A DNA stretch of 64,000 bases from an uncultured bacterium (GTDB lineage Bacteria > Fidelibacterota > UBA2242), in assembly GCA_964441235.1 (NCBI GenBank), contig CAYTUQ010000010.1, positions 11,549 through 75,548 of the forward strand, given 5' to 3'. The stretch's first letter is position 1; every line of letters begins with the position of its first letter. The notes under the pieces were generated by a model. It saw only the letters and a program-made list of their open reading frames with translations, was not told the origin of the DNA and ran no database searches. The position numbers were made by a program, and so were the translations under genes. Of the stretch, positions 29,691-39,631 are shown one piece after another.

Positions 29691-30704
29691 ATGAGCTATG
29701 ATGCGAAACCAATCATTTTTTATAAACCTGCTATGAGTACCCCTCAGATAAAAGCAGCTATGGATTCATTTTTCAAATATTGGTTACCAAAGCATAGTTA
29801 TTCGGAAGATTTAAAATTATATCATTACACGACATTAGAAGGTTTAAAAGGAATAATAAATAGTCGTTCAATACGGTTTACCCACACAAGTACATTAAAC
29901 GACCCATCAGAATTAAAATACGGAAAACAGTTAATTTTAGATATATTAAGTGATACAATTAATAATGAGAATGAAGATAATATTAAAAATCTATTGAAGG
30001 ACTTGTCAACCTTTATAAATGTATTTGATACAATATCATATCAAACTTATGTAGCCTGTTTCTGCAAATCAGAAAATTTATTAAGTCAATGGCGAAGTTA
30101 TGCAGCTCAAGGTGGTGGATATAACCTTGGCTTAAGATTTCAGTCTAGTACAAAATTTTATCATGCTTTAGACGACTCCGAAAAGGAGAGTTATATAATT
30201 TTACGCAAAATGATATATGATATTGATGAGCAAAGAGAATTAGTATCAAACTATATTTCATCTATAGTTACTAGTTCAAGTGATGCTATAAAATATTTTA
30301 GAGAACATGGTGGTGTTCCACAAGCTTGGGCATCAATTGCTGCTATGGAGTCTGTTAATATATTATTTGATTTAATGCTATCATTTAAAAACCCGGTATT
30401 TAGAGAAGAAAATGAATGGCGTCTAATTAAAGGAATGGAAGCTGAACATAGACCTGAACTTATAAAATTTAGAGAAACCAATGAAGGTCTTGTCCCATAT
30501 CTTGAAACATATATAGTGGAAGATTTAGAAGGGGAATCCACTTTTCCGCTTCGCACAATTAAATTTGGTCCCATGCTTGATGAAGCAAGAACTAAGTCTA
30601 CGTTAGAACTTTTCGTGAATAAAGAAGCTGCTTTAACTAATAAAATAAAAATCGATACAAGTAACACAATAATTTCGGGTGCAGGATATATCTTGAGAGA
30701 ATAA
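29691..30704 (+). CDS. DUF2971 domain protein
   Basis: LYHYTTLEGLKGIINSRSIRFTHTSTLNDPSE is the DUF2971 signature. Confidence 0.7.
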   Translation: MSYDAKPIIFYKPAMSTPQIKAAMDSFFKYWLPKHSYSEDLKLYHYTTLEGLKGIINSRSIRFTHTSTLNDPSELKYGKQLILDILSDTINNENEDNIKNLLKDLSTFINVFDTISYQTYVACFCKSENLLSQWRSYAAQGGGYNLGLRFQSSTKFYHALDDSEKESYIILRKMIYDIDEQRELVSNYISSIVTSSSDAIKYFREHGGVPQAWASIAAMESVNILFDLMLSFKNPVFREENEWRLIKGMEAEHRPELIKFRETNEGLVPYLETYIVEDLEGESTFPLRTIKFGPMLDEARTKSTLELFVNKEAALTNKIKIDTSNTIISGAGYILRE

Positions 30705-30906
30705 ATTTCAATTAGCATATCCTAACGAATCTTTTATAGAAAGTAAAGTCAAGAACATAATTCACCGTAACCCCTAGTTTTTAACTTTTAGGGCGCCATA
30801 AAGACGGTTGAAATTTTACTAATGTCGCACTGCCTGTTTTCATAGAGGATATTTCCAGTTTGAAAAACCATACTTATATAACAGGGATTTCTAACCGATC
30901 AGTTTT

Positions 30907-31031
30907 GCCTCAACGGAAGTCTCTGGTGAGACACCTGACGCCATATAAATAAAATAACGATAGCCGAGAAAATCTTTTATTCAGTGTCAGCGTGCACCAA
31001 AGGCGTCTCAATGTGACAAGCAGTGGTTGAA
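30907..31031 (+). repeat. attC-like ~125-bp direct repeat, copy 1
   Basis: Starts gcctcaacgg. It has internal imperfect palindromes (gagacac...gcgtctc; ctgacgcc...ggcgtcag), and similarity to copy 2 ends at ...caagcagNggttg. Confidence 0.45.
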
Positions 31032-31262
31032 ACCATCCCATGGAATTAACGAGGTGAGCTGCTCGACAAAATTAGGTTTTGGCGATTTTACCAAAGATTT
31101 ACGAATGTTAAAAGTAAATCACTTCGAAATCCGGCGTATCTCATACGTTGACCGTTAGCACGTAACAATAGAACAACGAAATAATATAAAATCCTTTTAA
31201 TTAACCATAGCATTGATTATCTTAGTTATGTTGTATGACTAAGTAATAAAAGGGGTAAAAAA

Positions 31263-31490
31263 ATGATACAAGTAAATATACACCATGCAAAGACTCACCT
31301 TTCAAGATTAATTCAAAAAGCAATTGAAGGTGAAGAAGTGGTTATAGCAAAAGGAAATAAACCGATAGTTAAATTAACGCAAATTCTAAATGTACCACAG
31401 ATTAGGAAACTGGGATCTGCTCAGGGGAAAATACATATATCTGATGATTTTAATGAGCCATTGGATGATTTTGCGGAGTATATGAATTGA
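31263..31490 (+). CDS. Phd/YefM-type antitoxin (VapB-like)
   Basis: MIQVNIHHAKTHLSRLIQKAIEGEEVVIAKGNKP. Overlaps the PIN gene start. Confidence 0.7.
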   Translation: MIQVNIHHAKTHLSRLIQKAIEGEEVVIAKGNKPIVKLTQILNVPQIRKLGSAQGKIHISDDFNEPLDDFAEYMN

Positions 31491-31873
31491 AGTATATAAT
31501 TGATACTCTTACACTACTTTGGATAGTTGATAATAATTCGCAATTGACTCGTACTGCTAAGGAAATATATCTCGATGAAAATAATGAAATATTATTAAGT
31601 ATCGCTAGTATATGGGAAATAGCAATAAAAATAAGTTTAAAGAAATTGATAATTCCATGTCGTTTATCGGATTTTGTAAAAGAACATATCATTGGAAATA
31701 ACATTCGGATTTTAAATATAGCATTGTCACATATATACCGACTGGAAACCTTAAAATATTACCATAGAGACCCTTTTGATCGTTTAATAATATCCCAATC
31801 TATTGAAGAAAATATCCCGATTATTAGTTCAGATAGTGAACTTGATAAATACGAAATAGATCGAGTTTGGTAA
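31487..31873 (+). CDS. VapC PIN-domain toxin
   Basis: IIDTLTLLW...SIASIWEIAIK...DPFDRLIISQSIEENIPIISSDSELDKY PIN motifs. Confidence 0.75.
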   Translation: MKYIIDTLTLLWIVDNNSQLTRTAKEIYLDENNEILLSIASIWEIAIKISLKKLIIPCRLSDFVKEHIIGNNIRILNIALSHIYRLETLKYYHRDPFDRLIISQSIEENIPIISSDSELDKYEIDRVW

Positions 31874-31901
31874 GCAAGTAATGTGCTAATGAATCTGCTT
31901 C

Positions 31902-32021
31902 GCCTCAACGGAAGTCTCTGGCGAGGCACCTGACGCCATATAAATAAAATAACGATAGCTGAAAATCTTTTATTCGGCGTCAGCGTGCACCAAAGGCGTC
32001 TCAATGTGACAAGCAGGGGTT
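31902..32021 (+). repeat. attC-like direct repeat, copy 2
   Basis: About 94% identical to 30907-31031 over ~120 nt. It brackets the Phd–VapC cassette. Confidence 0.45.
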
Positions 32022-32282
32022 GCCTGCCCGACGCAGGCGGGAACAAAGCCATCTATCTGGAATTTGCACGGCTTTGAGTTATGCTGATAATCAGTGGTGA
32101 ACAGGTAAAATATTCAGTTTATTGCAGCAATGTTAATCATAAACGTTGTTTTTTATCGGATATCTTGATGAAAACCGGTCCGATACCCAAGGAATACCGA
32201 ATTCTGCAAAAACTATTCTCATGCCGCAATTTGCGGCTTATAGCGACATATAGCGCTAATTTTTGTGAGTTACTTTGTAGGC

Positions 32283-32912
32283 TTAATCACCAAAAAGACC
32301 CAATTGATCCTTATTATTCTCTTTTTTCTTTTCGGCAATCTTCCTGTTAATTTCAGCTCTTCTTTTTTTTCTCTTTTTTATTTTTTCCTCCTCGATTCTT
32401 CTATTTTCATCAACGAATTCCTGTAATTCTCTGGCTTCTTCATCATCGGCAAATTCAATAATATATTTTTGATTGTCCACCATACTTTTGGGGATAATAA
32501 AACCTTCCGGCGTTTGATAAAAAGTAAAAGAATCAGATATTTCTTTACTACAATATCCTTCTTCGCCGATGCTCAGGTTACAGGCTTTTTCGATTTGAGT
32601 TGCTTTAGTGCCAATAGTTGACTTCTTTGTTCCAAAATATTTACAAAGCGAGTCAACAGTAATATAATTTTCATTTTGCTTATCAAATAAAAAATTCAGG
32701 CGAGCTATAACATAAATAATAGATGCGGCCCAAATTTCCTTTTTCCCTCGAATAATATTTATTATCCTTTTTCTACCGAGTTTCCCACATAACTTGATAG
32801 CATACCCTTCCAATTCAGGCGTCAAATACTCCTCACAAAAAGAATGTATCATTTCTTTAATTTTATCTACTCTTTCTGCTTTGTCATTTTTATCTTTTGA
32901 AAATTTATTCAT
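32283..32912 (-). CDS. Hypothetical protein with a K/R/E-rich C-terminal tail
   Basis: 209-aa ORF. No family recognised. Confidence 0.45.
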   Translation of the reverse strand: MNKFSKDKNDKAERVDKIKEMIHSFCEEYLTPELEGYAIKLCGKLGRKRIINIIRGKKEIWAASIIYVIARLNFLFDKQNENYITVDSLCKYFGTKKSTIGTKATQIEKACNLSIGEEGYCSKEISDSFTFYQTPEGFIIPKSMVDNQKYIIEFADDEEARELQEFVDENRRIEEEKIKKRKKRRAEINRKIAEKKKENNKDQLGLFGD

Positions 32913-32933
32913 ACTGATTTTATCACCTTTTAT

Positions 32934-33527
32934 CTAATCAGAAATATATTTATCAATTTCTTTCATAAATATCTCCTCTGTCCTTGCGCCGACCCATTTT
33001 TGACGTATAATACCTTTTTTATCAATAAGGAAAGTTGTAGGAATACCTCGAATGCCCCCATACTTAACTGTTAGATCTTTGAGATATTTTTCATCGCCTG
33101 TCAGGATTGTATAGTTTATAGAATTATTATTTACAAAGGATTGGATTTTTGCTGCATTACCTGAAGATAATGTAATACCGACAATTTCCAGTCCGTCTTT
33201 TTTGTGTTTATCATACATTTTAATAAAGTCCGGAATCTCGTAAAGACATGGACCGCACCATGATGCCCAAAAATTCAGAATTACGACTTTGTCTTTGAAT
33301 TGCTTAAGTGTTACTTCTTTGCCATCAAGAGTAATTAATGAAAAATCGGGTGCTATACTTCCGATAGAACCGGGAATTCGCATAATTTGTGATTGTTTGA
33401 CTTCGCCTGTATTTTTTCCACTGGTAGTGTTAGGTTTTTGCTCTTTTTGGGCACAGCCTACTCCAAAACTGATAAGCATAAAAGTTGAAAATAATATTAC
33501 CATTGTTACCGCACTTTTCAATTTCAT
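32934..33527 (-). CDS. TlpA/ResA-like thioredoxin-fold lipoprotein (thiol-disulfide oxidoreductase)
   Basis: Lipobox FGVGC. WCGPC active site in NFWASWCGPC. Confidence 0.8.
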   Translation of the reverse strand: MKLKSAVTMVILFSTFMLISFGVGCAQKEQKPNTTSGKNTGEVKQSQIMRIPGSIGSIAPDFSLITLDGKEVTLKQFKDKVVILNFWASWCGPCLYEIPDFIKMYDKHKKDGLEIVGITLSSGNAAKIQSFVNNNSINYTILTGDEKYLKDLTVKYGGIRGIPTTFLIDKKGIIRQKWVGARTEEIFMKEIDKYISD

Positions 33528-33576
33528 TGTGTTATCTCCTCTTTATTAATAATTCAAGATACTGCATTTCTGAGCA

Positions 33577-35361
33577 CTAATAAAGTATTATATTCATTTT
33601 CTTTATAAAATCTTCCGGTTTTTCAAAACCAAAAATTCTGAGGTCTGTAATTTCACTCCCTTTTTTGTCTATAAAGACAGTAGTTGGAACTCCTTTGATG
33701 TTGTACTTTTCTTTTATTGATATTGTTTCAGAAGAAGTACCGGAAGTTAAATCTATTTTAAAAAGAGAAAATTGACCGCTTAGTTTTACAACTTCGGAAT
33801 TACTAAATGTAAATTTATCCATCTCTTTGCAGGGTATGCACCAGTCGGCAGAGAAATCAAGGATAATTGGCTTTTCTGTTTCTAATGCTGTTATGTATGC
33901 CTTTTTGTTGTATGGTTTCCAATTCATACTTGACAATGCTTTCTCTTCTGGTTTAAGGAACCATGTCCCTATTATAATAGACACTATTGCAATGATTTGT
34001 TTGATAAATATAAATGCAGGCGCATTTCTACCGGATTTGTTGAAAAGAAGTAAATAAATACCTGAACCTATAATGTACACCGGAAATAGTATGTTATAGA
34101 TGTTTTTAGGGATCAAGGGATTTATAAAATATAATGCTATTCCAACTAGAATAAGACCAAAAATAATTCTAACACCTACCATCCACTCACCCGAACGGGG
34201 TAAACTGTTAATTTTGCTGGAGAAAAATGCCAGAAAAATGAACGGTAAACCCAGACCAAGCGAAAGAGTAAAAAACATTGCAAAACCCAGGAATGGATTT
34301 CCTATGCTTGCAACGTAAGTCAGAAGTCCAATTATGAAAGGACCAATACATGGTGCTGCTACAATTCCCATAGTTAAACCCATAATCAGGGAACCAAAAT
34401 ATCCCGTGCGGCTCCCACCGCCCAGATTTGTCATAAATGAGGGAAGCCTGAACTCGTATAAACCGAACATGCTGAGTGAAAGTGCGGTTAAAATCCCGGC
34501 AATAGTCAGAAGTACAATTGGATTTGTCATAAATGTACCGAGTAGTTTGCCGGACAGTGCGGCGAGTGTACCTATTGTAGAATTTATGATGGCAATGCCG
34601 AGCACATAAAGAATTGCCATAATGATTTTTTTACCATGTTTCTCGGATGCCTGTCCACCAAAATAACTTACAGTAATAGGGATAAGTGGGTACACACAAG
34701 GCGTTAGGTTTAGTCCAAGTCCACCCAAGAAGATAAGGATAAATGTCAGGAATATTCCTTTTCTGGCAATAGATGCTTTAACATCAAAAATTGAGGATTG
34801 TGAATTATTATCTAATGATCCTTCGTTTATAAAATATTCTGAATTTTGAAATATAATTGGGTCTTTCGGATTTAAAATAGGTATAGAGATCGAGAAGAGA
34901 GTTTCCTGAGGTGCAATGCATACTTGATCATTGCAACCTTGATAGAGCAGATGTCCTTCTAAGATTACTTTCTCTTGTGCACTTTCGAGGATTTTTCCAG
35001 AAACTCTAATGATAATGTTACCCTCATATACTGCAAGCGGTTCATCGGAAAATGAGAGGTTTTTAATTTCGTGTGGTGGGAAATGGATATTAGTAATAGT
35101 TAGATATTCCGATTCTTCAAAGCGAATTTCAGTAGGAACGACAAATTCGTCCAGTGGCTTTGAAGAATTGATGTGCCAGGGTTCCTTTAATTTTACAACA
35201 ATAGCGGCATGGAAATCTTGACCTTTATAGACTCCATTTGTGGATAGATAAGTTTCAATTTTTAGAATTGAATTGGTGTTTTTACCGAAAGACGGTAGAG
35301 CGAATAAAATGAAAAGAGTTAAAATAATTGGTAGTCTTGTTTTGGGCATAGTTTTTATCAT
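33577..35361 (-). CDS. dsbD: Thiol:disulfide interchange protein DsbD
   Basis: N-terminal periplasmic domain, central multi-TM domain with conserved Cys, C-terminal thioredoxin domain DFSADWCIPCK. Confidence 0.8.
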   Translation of the reverse strand: MIKTMPKTRLPIILTLFILFALPSFGKNTNSILKIETYLSTNGVYKGQDFHAAIVVKLKEPWHINSSKPLDEFVVPTEIRFEESEYLTITNIHFPPHEIKNLSFSDEPLAVYEGNIIIRVSGKILESAQEKVILEGHLLYQGCNDQVCIAPQETLFSISIPILNPKDPIIFQNSEYFINEGSLDNNSQSSIFDVKASIARKGIFLTFILIFLGGLGLNLTPCVYPLIPITVSYFGGQASEKHGKKIIMAILYVLGIAIINSTIGTLAALSGKLLGTFMTNPIVLLTIAGILTALSLSMFGLYEFRLPSFMTNLGGGSRTGYFGSLIMGLTMGIVAAPCIGPFIIGLLTYVASIGNPFLGFAMFFTLSLGLGLPFIFLAFFSSKINSLPRSGEWMVGVRIIFGLILVGIALYFINPLIPKNIYNILFPVYIIGSGIYLLLFNKSGRNAPAFIFIKQIIAIVSIIIGTWFLKPEEKALSSMNWKPYNKKAYITALETEKPIILDFSADWCIPCKEMDKFTFSNSEVVKLSGQFSLFKIDLTSGTSSETISIKEKYNIKGVPTTVFIDKKGSEITDLRIFGFEKPEDFIKKMNIILY

Positions 35362-35369
35362 TTATTTAT

Positions 35370-36269
35370 TCAAAAGCGAAATATCTTCCTTAAAAATTTC
35401 TTTTCCTTTCTGATTGCATTATGTATTTCGGGCAACTTTTTCTCCGCTTCGACAATTCCTGCATTTATAAATTCTTTATATCTCAAAAATTCGCTCCAGT
35501 GCGCGTCTTTAACATCCGGATGCAAAGAGACATCTGCATTCGCCAGCTGGAGTTTGGATAGATAGAATCCTCTTATCGATTCTGTTCGAGAAATTATATC
35601 AATAATGTTTGGATTTTTAAGTTCTTTAATTTGATTAATGCAAACACAAACTCCTATCACAAGATCAGCACCCATTTCTCTTGCTTCATCAACAGGTACA
35701 GGTGCAGTCACGCCACCGTCTGTAAGCAATTGTCCATTTATTTGTTCAGGAGAAATAAAACCAGGAATAGACGAACTTAGTTTTACCGCTTTTCTTATAT
35801 TTCCCTCTTTAAAAACGACAGTTTTTCCAGAGTTAAGGTCAGTTGATACTACACCGAAAGGTATTTTTGCATTATGGAAATCTCCATCGTCTATAAGAAA
35901 GGAAATGGCATCGGAAAGCCTCTCGTCTTTAATAATTCCTGTTCTGGACTGTGCAAAGTTTACGACAATTCTTTTAGCAACAATCCGAGCTAAATGGCTC
36001 ATGAAAGAAGGATTCTGCTCGTTTTGAGGAATGATATATTTTAACCCAAGTGAATTATAGTTCTGGCTGGCTAAGAAATTTTCAAATCGTTTAATGACTG
36101 CTTCTGAATCAGGATTCTGGGCATACATTGCACCCACGACAGCACCCATTGATGTTCCTGTTATAAAATCAGTATGAATGCCATTCTCTTCGAGTACTTT
36201 TAGAACTCCTAAATGTGCTAAACCTCTGGCTCCGCCGCCACCTAATGCTAATCCGATCTTCGTATTCAT
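35370..36269 (-). CDS. Patatin-like phospholipase
   Basis: GGGARG oxyanion hole, GTSMG (GxSxG) nucleophile, DGG motif. Confidence 0.8.
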   Translation of the reverse strand: MNTKIGLALGGGGARGLAHLGVLKVLEENGIHTDFITGTSMGAVVGAMYAQNPDSEAVIKRFENFLASQNYNSLGLKYIIPQNEQNPSFMSHLARIVAKRIVVNFAQSRTGIIKDERLSDAISFLIDDGDFHNAKIPFGVVSTDLNSGKTVVFKEGNIRKAVKLSSSIPGFISPEQINGQLLTDGGVTAPVPVDEAREMGADLVIGVCVCINQIKELKNPNIIDIISRTESIRGFYLSKLQLANADVSLHPDVKDAHWSEFLRYKEFINAGIVEAEKKLPEIHNAIRKEKKFLRKIFRF

Positions 36270-36928
36270 TTTCTCACATTTAGATTTAGCTTTTTTCGAT
36301 CCGTTACATATACTTTGTTCATAATAACATCTTTAAGTGGACGATCTTTTTTATTACAGTGAACTTTTGCAATTTTATCAACAGTTTTCACTCCCTGAAT
36401 AACCTTACCAAATACTGTGTATCCAGCCTTATCTAAAAACGGTAAGTCTTTCAAGCAGATATAAAATTGGCTGCCGTTTGAGCTCTTTTGCGGATTAATA
36501 TTATCGGGTAGCCTTGCCGATGCAACTGCTCCCCTTAGATGCTTTTGACCAAGTTCTGCGGGAATTGTATAGCCAGGACCACCTGTGCCATCATTATATG
36601 GGTTGTTATCTCTACTTAATATATCTCCGCCTTGAATAACAAAATTGGGAATTATGCGGTGAAAAGTTGTACCATTAAAGTAGCCCGCATTTGCCAGCTT
36701 CTTAAAATTCATTGCGTGAAGTGGCGCAGCGTAAGAGAAAAATTCGATAGTTATATTACCGTATTCTGTTTCAATAACAGCAACTTCCGATGGAGATACA
36801 ACTTCATCGGGCAGTGATTTAACTCTATTCCGAATTTGTTCAATCTGCCTGCCGGATAACGAATCAGCCCGGATCGTCACGCTAATGCAAAGAATTAGAA
36901 AATACATGAAAAGTTGTCGAATAGACAT
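36266..36928 (-). CDS. Cyclophilin-type peptidyl-prolyl cis-trans isomerase (secreted)
   Basis: FHRIIPNFVIQGGD and signal peptide. Confidence 0.85.
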   Translation of the reverse strand: MSIRQLFMYFLILCISVTIRADSLSGRQIEQIRNRVKSLPDEVVSPSEVAVIETEYGNITIEFFSYAAPLHAMNFKKLANAGYFNGTTFHRIIPNFVIQGGDILSRDNNPYNDGTGGPGYTIPAELGQKHLRGAVASARLPDNINPQKSSNGSQFYICLKDLPFLDKAGYTVFGKVIQGVKTVDKIAKVHCNKKDRPLKDVIMNKVYVTDRKKLNLNVRK

Positions 36929-37243
36929 GTGTTCATCTCCTATCTTAAAGTAAAAAGAGGGTAACTATCTAACTCCCAGATCCTGCCGTGTGCCCAAAGT
37001 GTCCCACAGGGGCAATTTTTTCTATTAGAAGTTAGGTTTTTCTCATACAGCAAAAAAAGAGTTTTCATAAAAACATCCTATATTGTTGGTCCGTTCTATA
37101 ACTCAACACCTCATTGTATTTTTCCTCAATAACATTAGGTCTTCGCTCTCCCCTTCTCTTATCAAGAGAAGGGGCAGGGGGTTGAGTTCATCATCTCTTC
37201 CCTTCCACGATCCTCTTCCAAAAAATGGGTCGGAGGATGAGTT

Positions 37244-37748
37244 CTATTTCTCCAATTCTTTCAATAATCTCTCAAGCACATCCTCCAAAGATTTTTTCAC
37301 TTCGGAGTTTTTATATCGTATCACTTTATACTCATTATTTTCCAGAAACTTCTGACGGTATCCATCTTTTTCTTTAGGGGGTGGAATAAAACATATTTTG
37401 TGTTACTATTCATAATTTTATTATAGATAAAAACATTGTAAGATGATTTTTAAGCATGTTAATCTATTCCACCCCCCAAGCGTCCTGTCTTTTATGAATT
37501 CCGCCATCTATTTCAACTATTAATCGCTTTGCATGACAGTAAAAATCGACTATATATCCTCCAATGGGATGCTGTCGTAGAAATTTATATCCTCCCAAAT
37601 TTCTGTTACGGAGACATTGCCACATAATCTCCTCTGCATCGGTAGGATTTTTCCTGTATCTTCTACACAGAGCCTTCAATTCCGGACTGATATATTGAAT
37701 GTTCCCTTCAAAATCGAACTGTTTATATGATAAGGATGGTTCTTTCAT
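37244..37748 (-). pseudogene. DUF559 (Vsr-like endonuclease domain) gene split by a MITE insertion
   Basis: N-part: ...GGYKFLRQHPIGGYIVDFYC...VEIDGGIHKRQDA. It reads into the MITE TIR and stops. C-part 37375→37244: KEKDGYRQKFLENNEYKVIRYKNSEV...LKELEK. The junction restores the frame (…caggacgc|taaagaaaaag…). Confidence 0.7.
37377..37476. mobile_element. 100-bp MITE with 12-bp perfect TIRs GGGGGTGGAATA/TATTCCACCCCC, copy A
   Basis: AT-rich core between GC TIRs. It sits inside the DUF559 reading frame. A second copy lies at 43641-43739. Confidence 0.65.
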
Positions 37749-38055
37749 AGTTTTGGGGTTGATCTTAATAATTAAATTAACTTTCTTGGTGATAATTTAG
37801 AAGATTTCATAGGAAATCCTTTTTAAACCAAATTTCTATAATTTCTGTTAACTTTTTAGTATCATACAATATGAGATAATTCCTCACCGGATTTGTTCCC
37901 CAAAGATATTTTTACAAAAATGGGCATTATTAATTAATAATCTATCATCCGCCAATTTATTACAGCCTGAATAATTCATATACCGCTCCCGGAGGAATTA
38001 CATTTCATACGAATTGTCCGACGGAAAAAGGTACCCTGATGCAGTCATTTTTACC

Positions 38056-38829
38056 CTATATGTTAATTACTGCTCCAGGAGAATTTTGTGAAGCTATTTC
38101 TATTTTATATGAGATTGTATTTTCTGTTTTTGTATTTTCGAAGAGTTCTCTAACAATTTGTGCATCATTATTAATTTCGCTTAAATGCCCAAGAACAAGA
38201 TATTTTAACCTTCCATTATGCGAAATACGATTGAATAAATCTAAGGACTGTTCATTTGATAAATGCCCAACCCTGCTCTTTATTCTCTGTATTACCTGAA
38301 GAGGGTAGGGACCGTTTAATAGCATAAACATATCGTGATTTGCTTCAAGAAAAAGAAGATCAAGGTCGGAGATATAGTGTAATACCGATTGTGTTACAGC
38401 ACCCAAATCTGTGACAATTCCCAACCTCCTACCTCCTGAGGAAGCAACTATACCGATTGGGTCTGCGGCATCATGGGGTAAATGGAAAGTTTTTATTTTG
38501 ATATTTTGTAGAGAGAGAGTATCTCCTGATGTGAAGAATTCGACTTTTACTTTTGTTAGTTTTTTTGGATCAATCGCTTGGAAAGTTTTTTTAGTCATGT
38601 AAATAGGAATTTTATGGCGCCTTGCAAATATGCCTGCACCTTTTATGTGATCTGAGTGTTCGTGTGTTAGTATTATTGCTGAAACATTCGCAGGAGAGAG
38701 ATTAACTTCATCCATCCGCGAGGTAAGGTTTTTTAAACTGAAACCCTGATCAATGAGGAGGGCTTTACCGTTGTTTTGAATATATGTGCAGTTTCCTTTG
38801 CTTCCGCTGCCAAGATTACAAAATATCAT
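38056..38829 (-). CDS. MBL-fold metallo-hydrolase
   Basis: LTHEHSDHIKG (HxHxDH) motif. Confidence 0.8.
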   Translation of the reverse strand: MIFCNLGSGSKGNCTYIQNNGKALLIDQGFSLKNLTSRMDEVNLSPANVSAIILTHEHSDHIKGAGIFARRHKIPIYMTKKTFQAIDPKKLTKVKVEFFTSGDTLSLQNIKIKTFHLPHDAADPIGIVASSGGRRLGIVTDLGAVTQSVLHYISDLDLLFLEANHDMFMLLNGPYPLQVIQRIKSRVGHLSNEQSLDLFNRISHNGRLKYLVLGHLSEINNDAQIVRELFENTKTENTISYKIEIASQNSPGAVINI

Positions 38830-39401
38830 TTCTTTCCGGTTCTACCTCTGGTAGTCAAAGGGATATTAGAAGCACAGAGTGGACATTCTTCAGGTTTGTA
38901 GGTCGGAATCTCCATCGTGATCAGCGGAAAATATGAATCTCCGAAATCGATTTTGTCTCCACTGCGATCGATGAAAACACCAATACCCATTAGAATGCCA
39001 CCTTTTTTTGTCACAAGCTCCATTAATTCATAAATAGAACCGCCTGTAGTGACAACATCATCAACAATCACTACTCGTTCACCGGGATTAATATCAAATC
39101 CTCTTCGCAGGACTAGATTCTTGTTTTCACGCTCAGCAAAAATACTCCGTGTACTTAAGAATCTTCCGATACTGTGGCTTATTATAATACCTCCAGTAGC
39201 AACGCCGATGATGACATGAGGCCTGGTCTTCCTAAAATGTTCCGCAATATCTTTACACAGTTTATCGGTAAGTAAGGGATATTGGAGTACTTTAAATTTT
39301 TCAACATACGTATCACTGTGACGACCTGAAGTGAGAAGGAAATGTCCCTTTAAAATAGCTCCACATTCTCTTAAAATATCTAAATAAGATTCTGTTTTCA
39401 T
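38826..39401 (-). CDS. pyrE: Orotate phosphoribosyltransferase
   Basis: PRPP-binding VVIVDDVVTTGGS. Size 191 aa. Confidence 0.85.
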   Translation of the reverse strand: MKTESYLDILRECGAILKGHFLLTSGRHSDTYVEKFKVLQYPLLTDKLCKDIAEHFRKTRPHVIIGVATGGIIISHSIGRFLSTRSIFAERENKNLVLRRGFDINPGERVVIVDDVVTTGGSIYELMELVTKKGGILMGIGVFIDRSGDKIDFGDSYFPLITMEIPTYKPEECPLCASNIPLTTRGRTGKK

Positions 39402-39631
39402 TGCTATTCCTCTATTTTGTAACTATTAAATCATGATACACGAATTTGCCAGGATTTTTGTAATTAGTAAGAGAAGAAATGTAATTTTGTTGGGAGGTAA
39501 GACTTTGGCAGTTGAGTTTTGGGTGCTTGCGAGATTCTGATATATTCGGAACTTTAATAAGCCCAATTTCCTGTGTTATGAACTCCTCCAACCGATAGCA
39601 AATTGTTATACGATGCCGGTTGCTTCCTCTT

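Noticed and set aside
30907-32021. Calling the VapBC-flanking repeats definite integron attC sites
   Set aside because: The R''/L'' spacing is atypical and no integrase is present. They are reported only as candidates pending a covariance-model test.
37083-37355. Plus-strand ORF 37083..37355
   Set aside because: The minus strand of the same interval encodes the conserved C-terminal third of the DUF559 protein. The rest is hairpin/terminator DNA.
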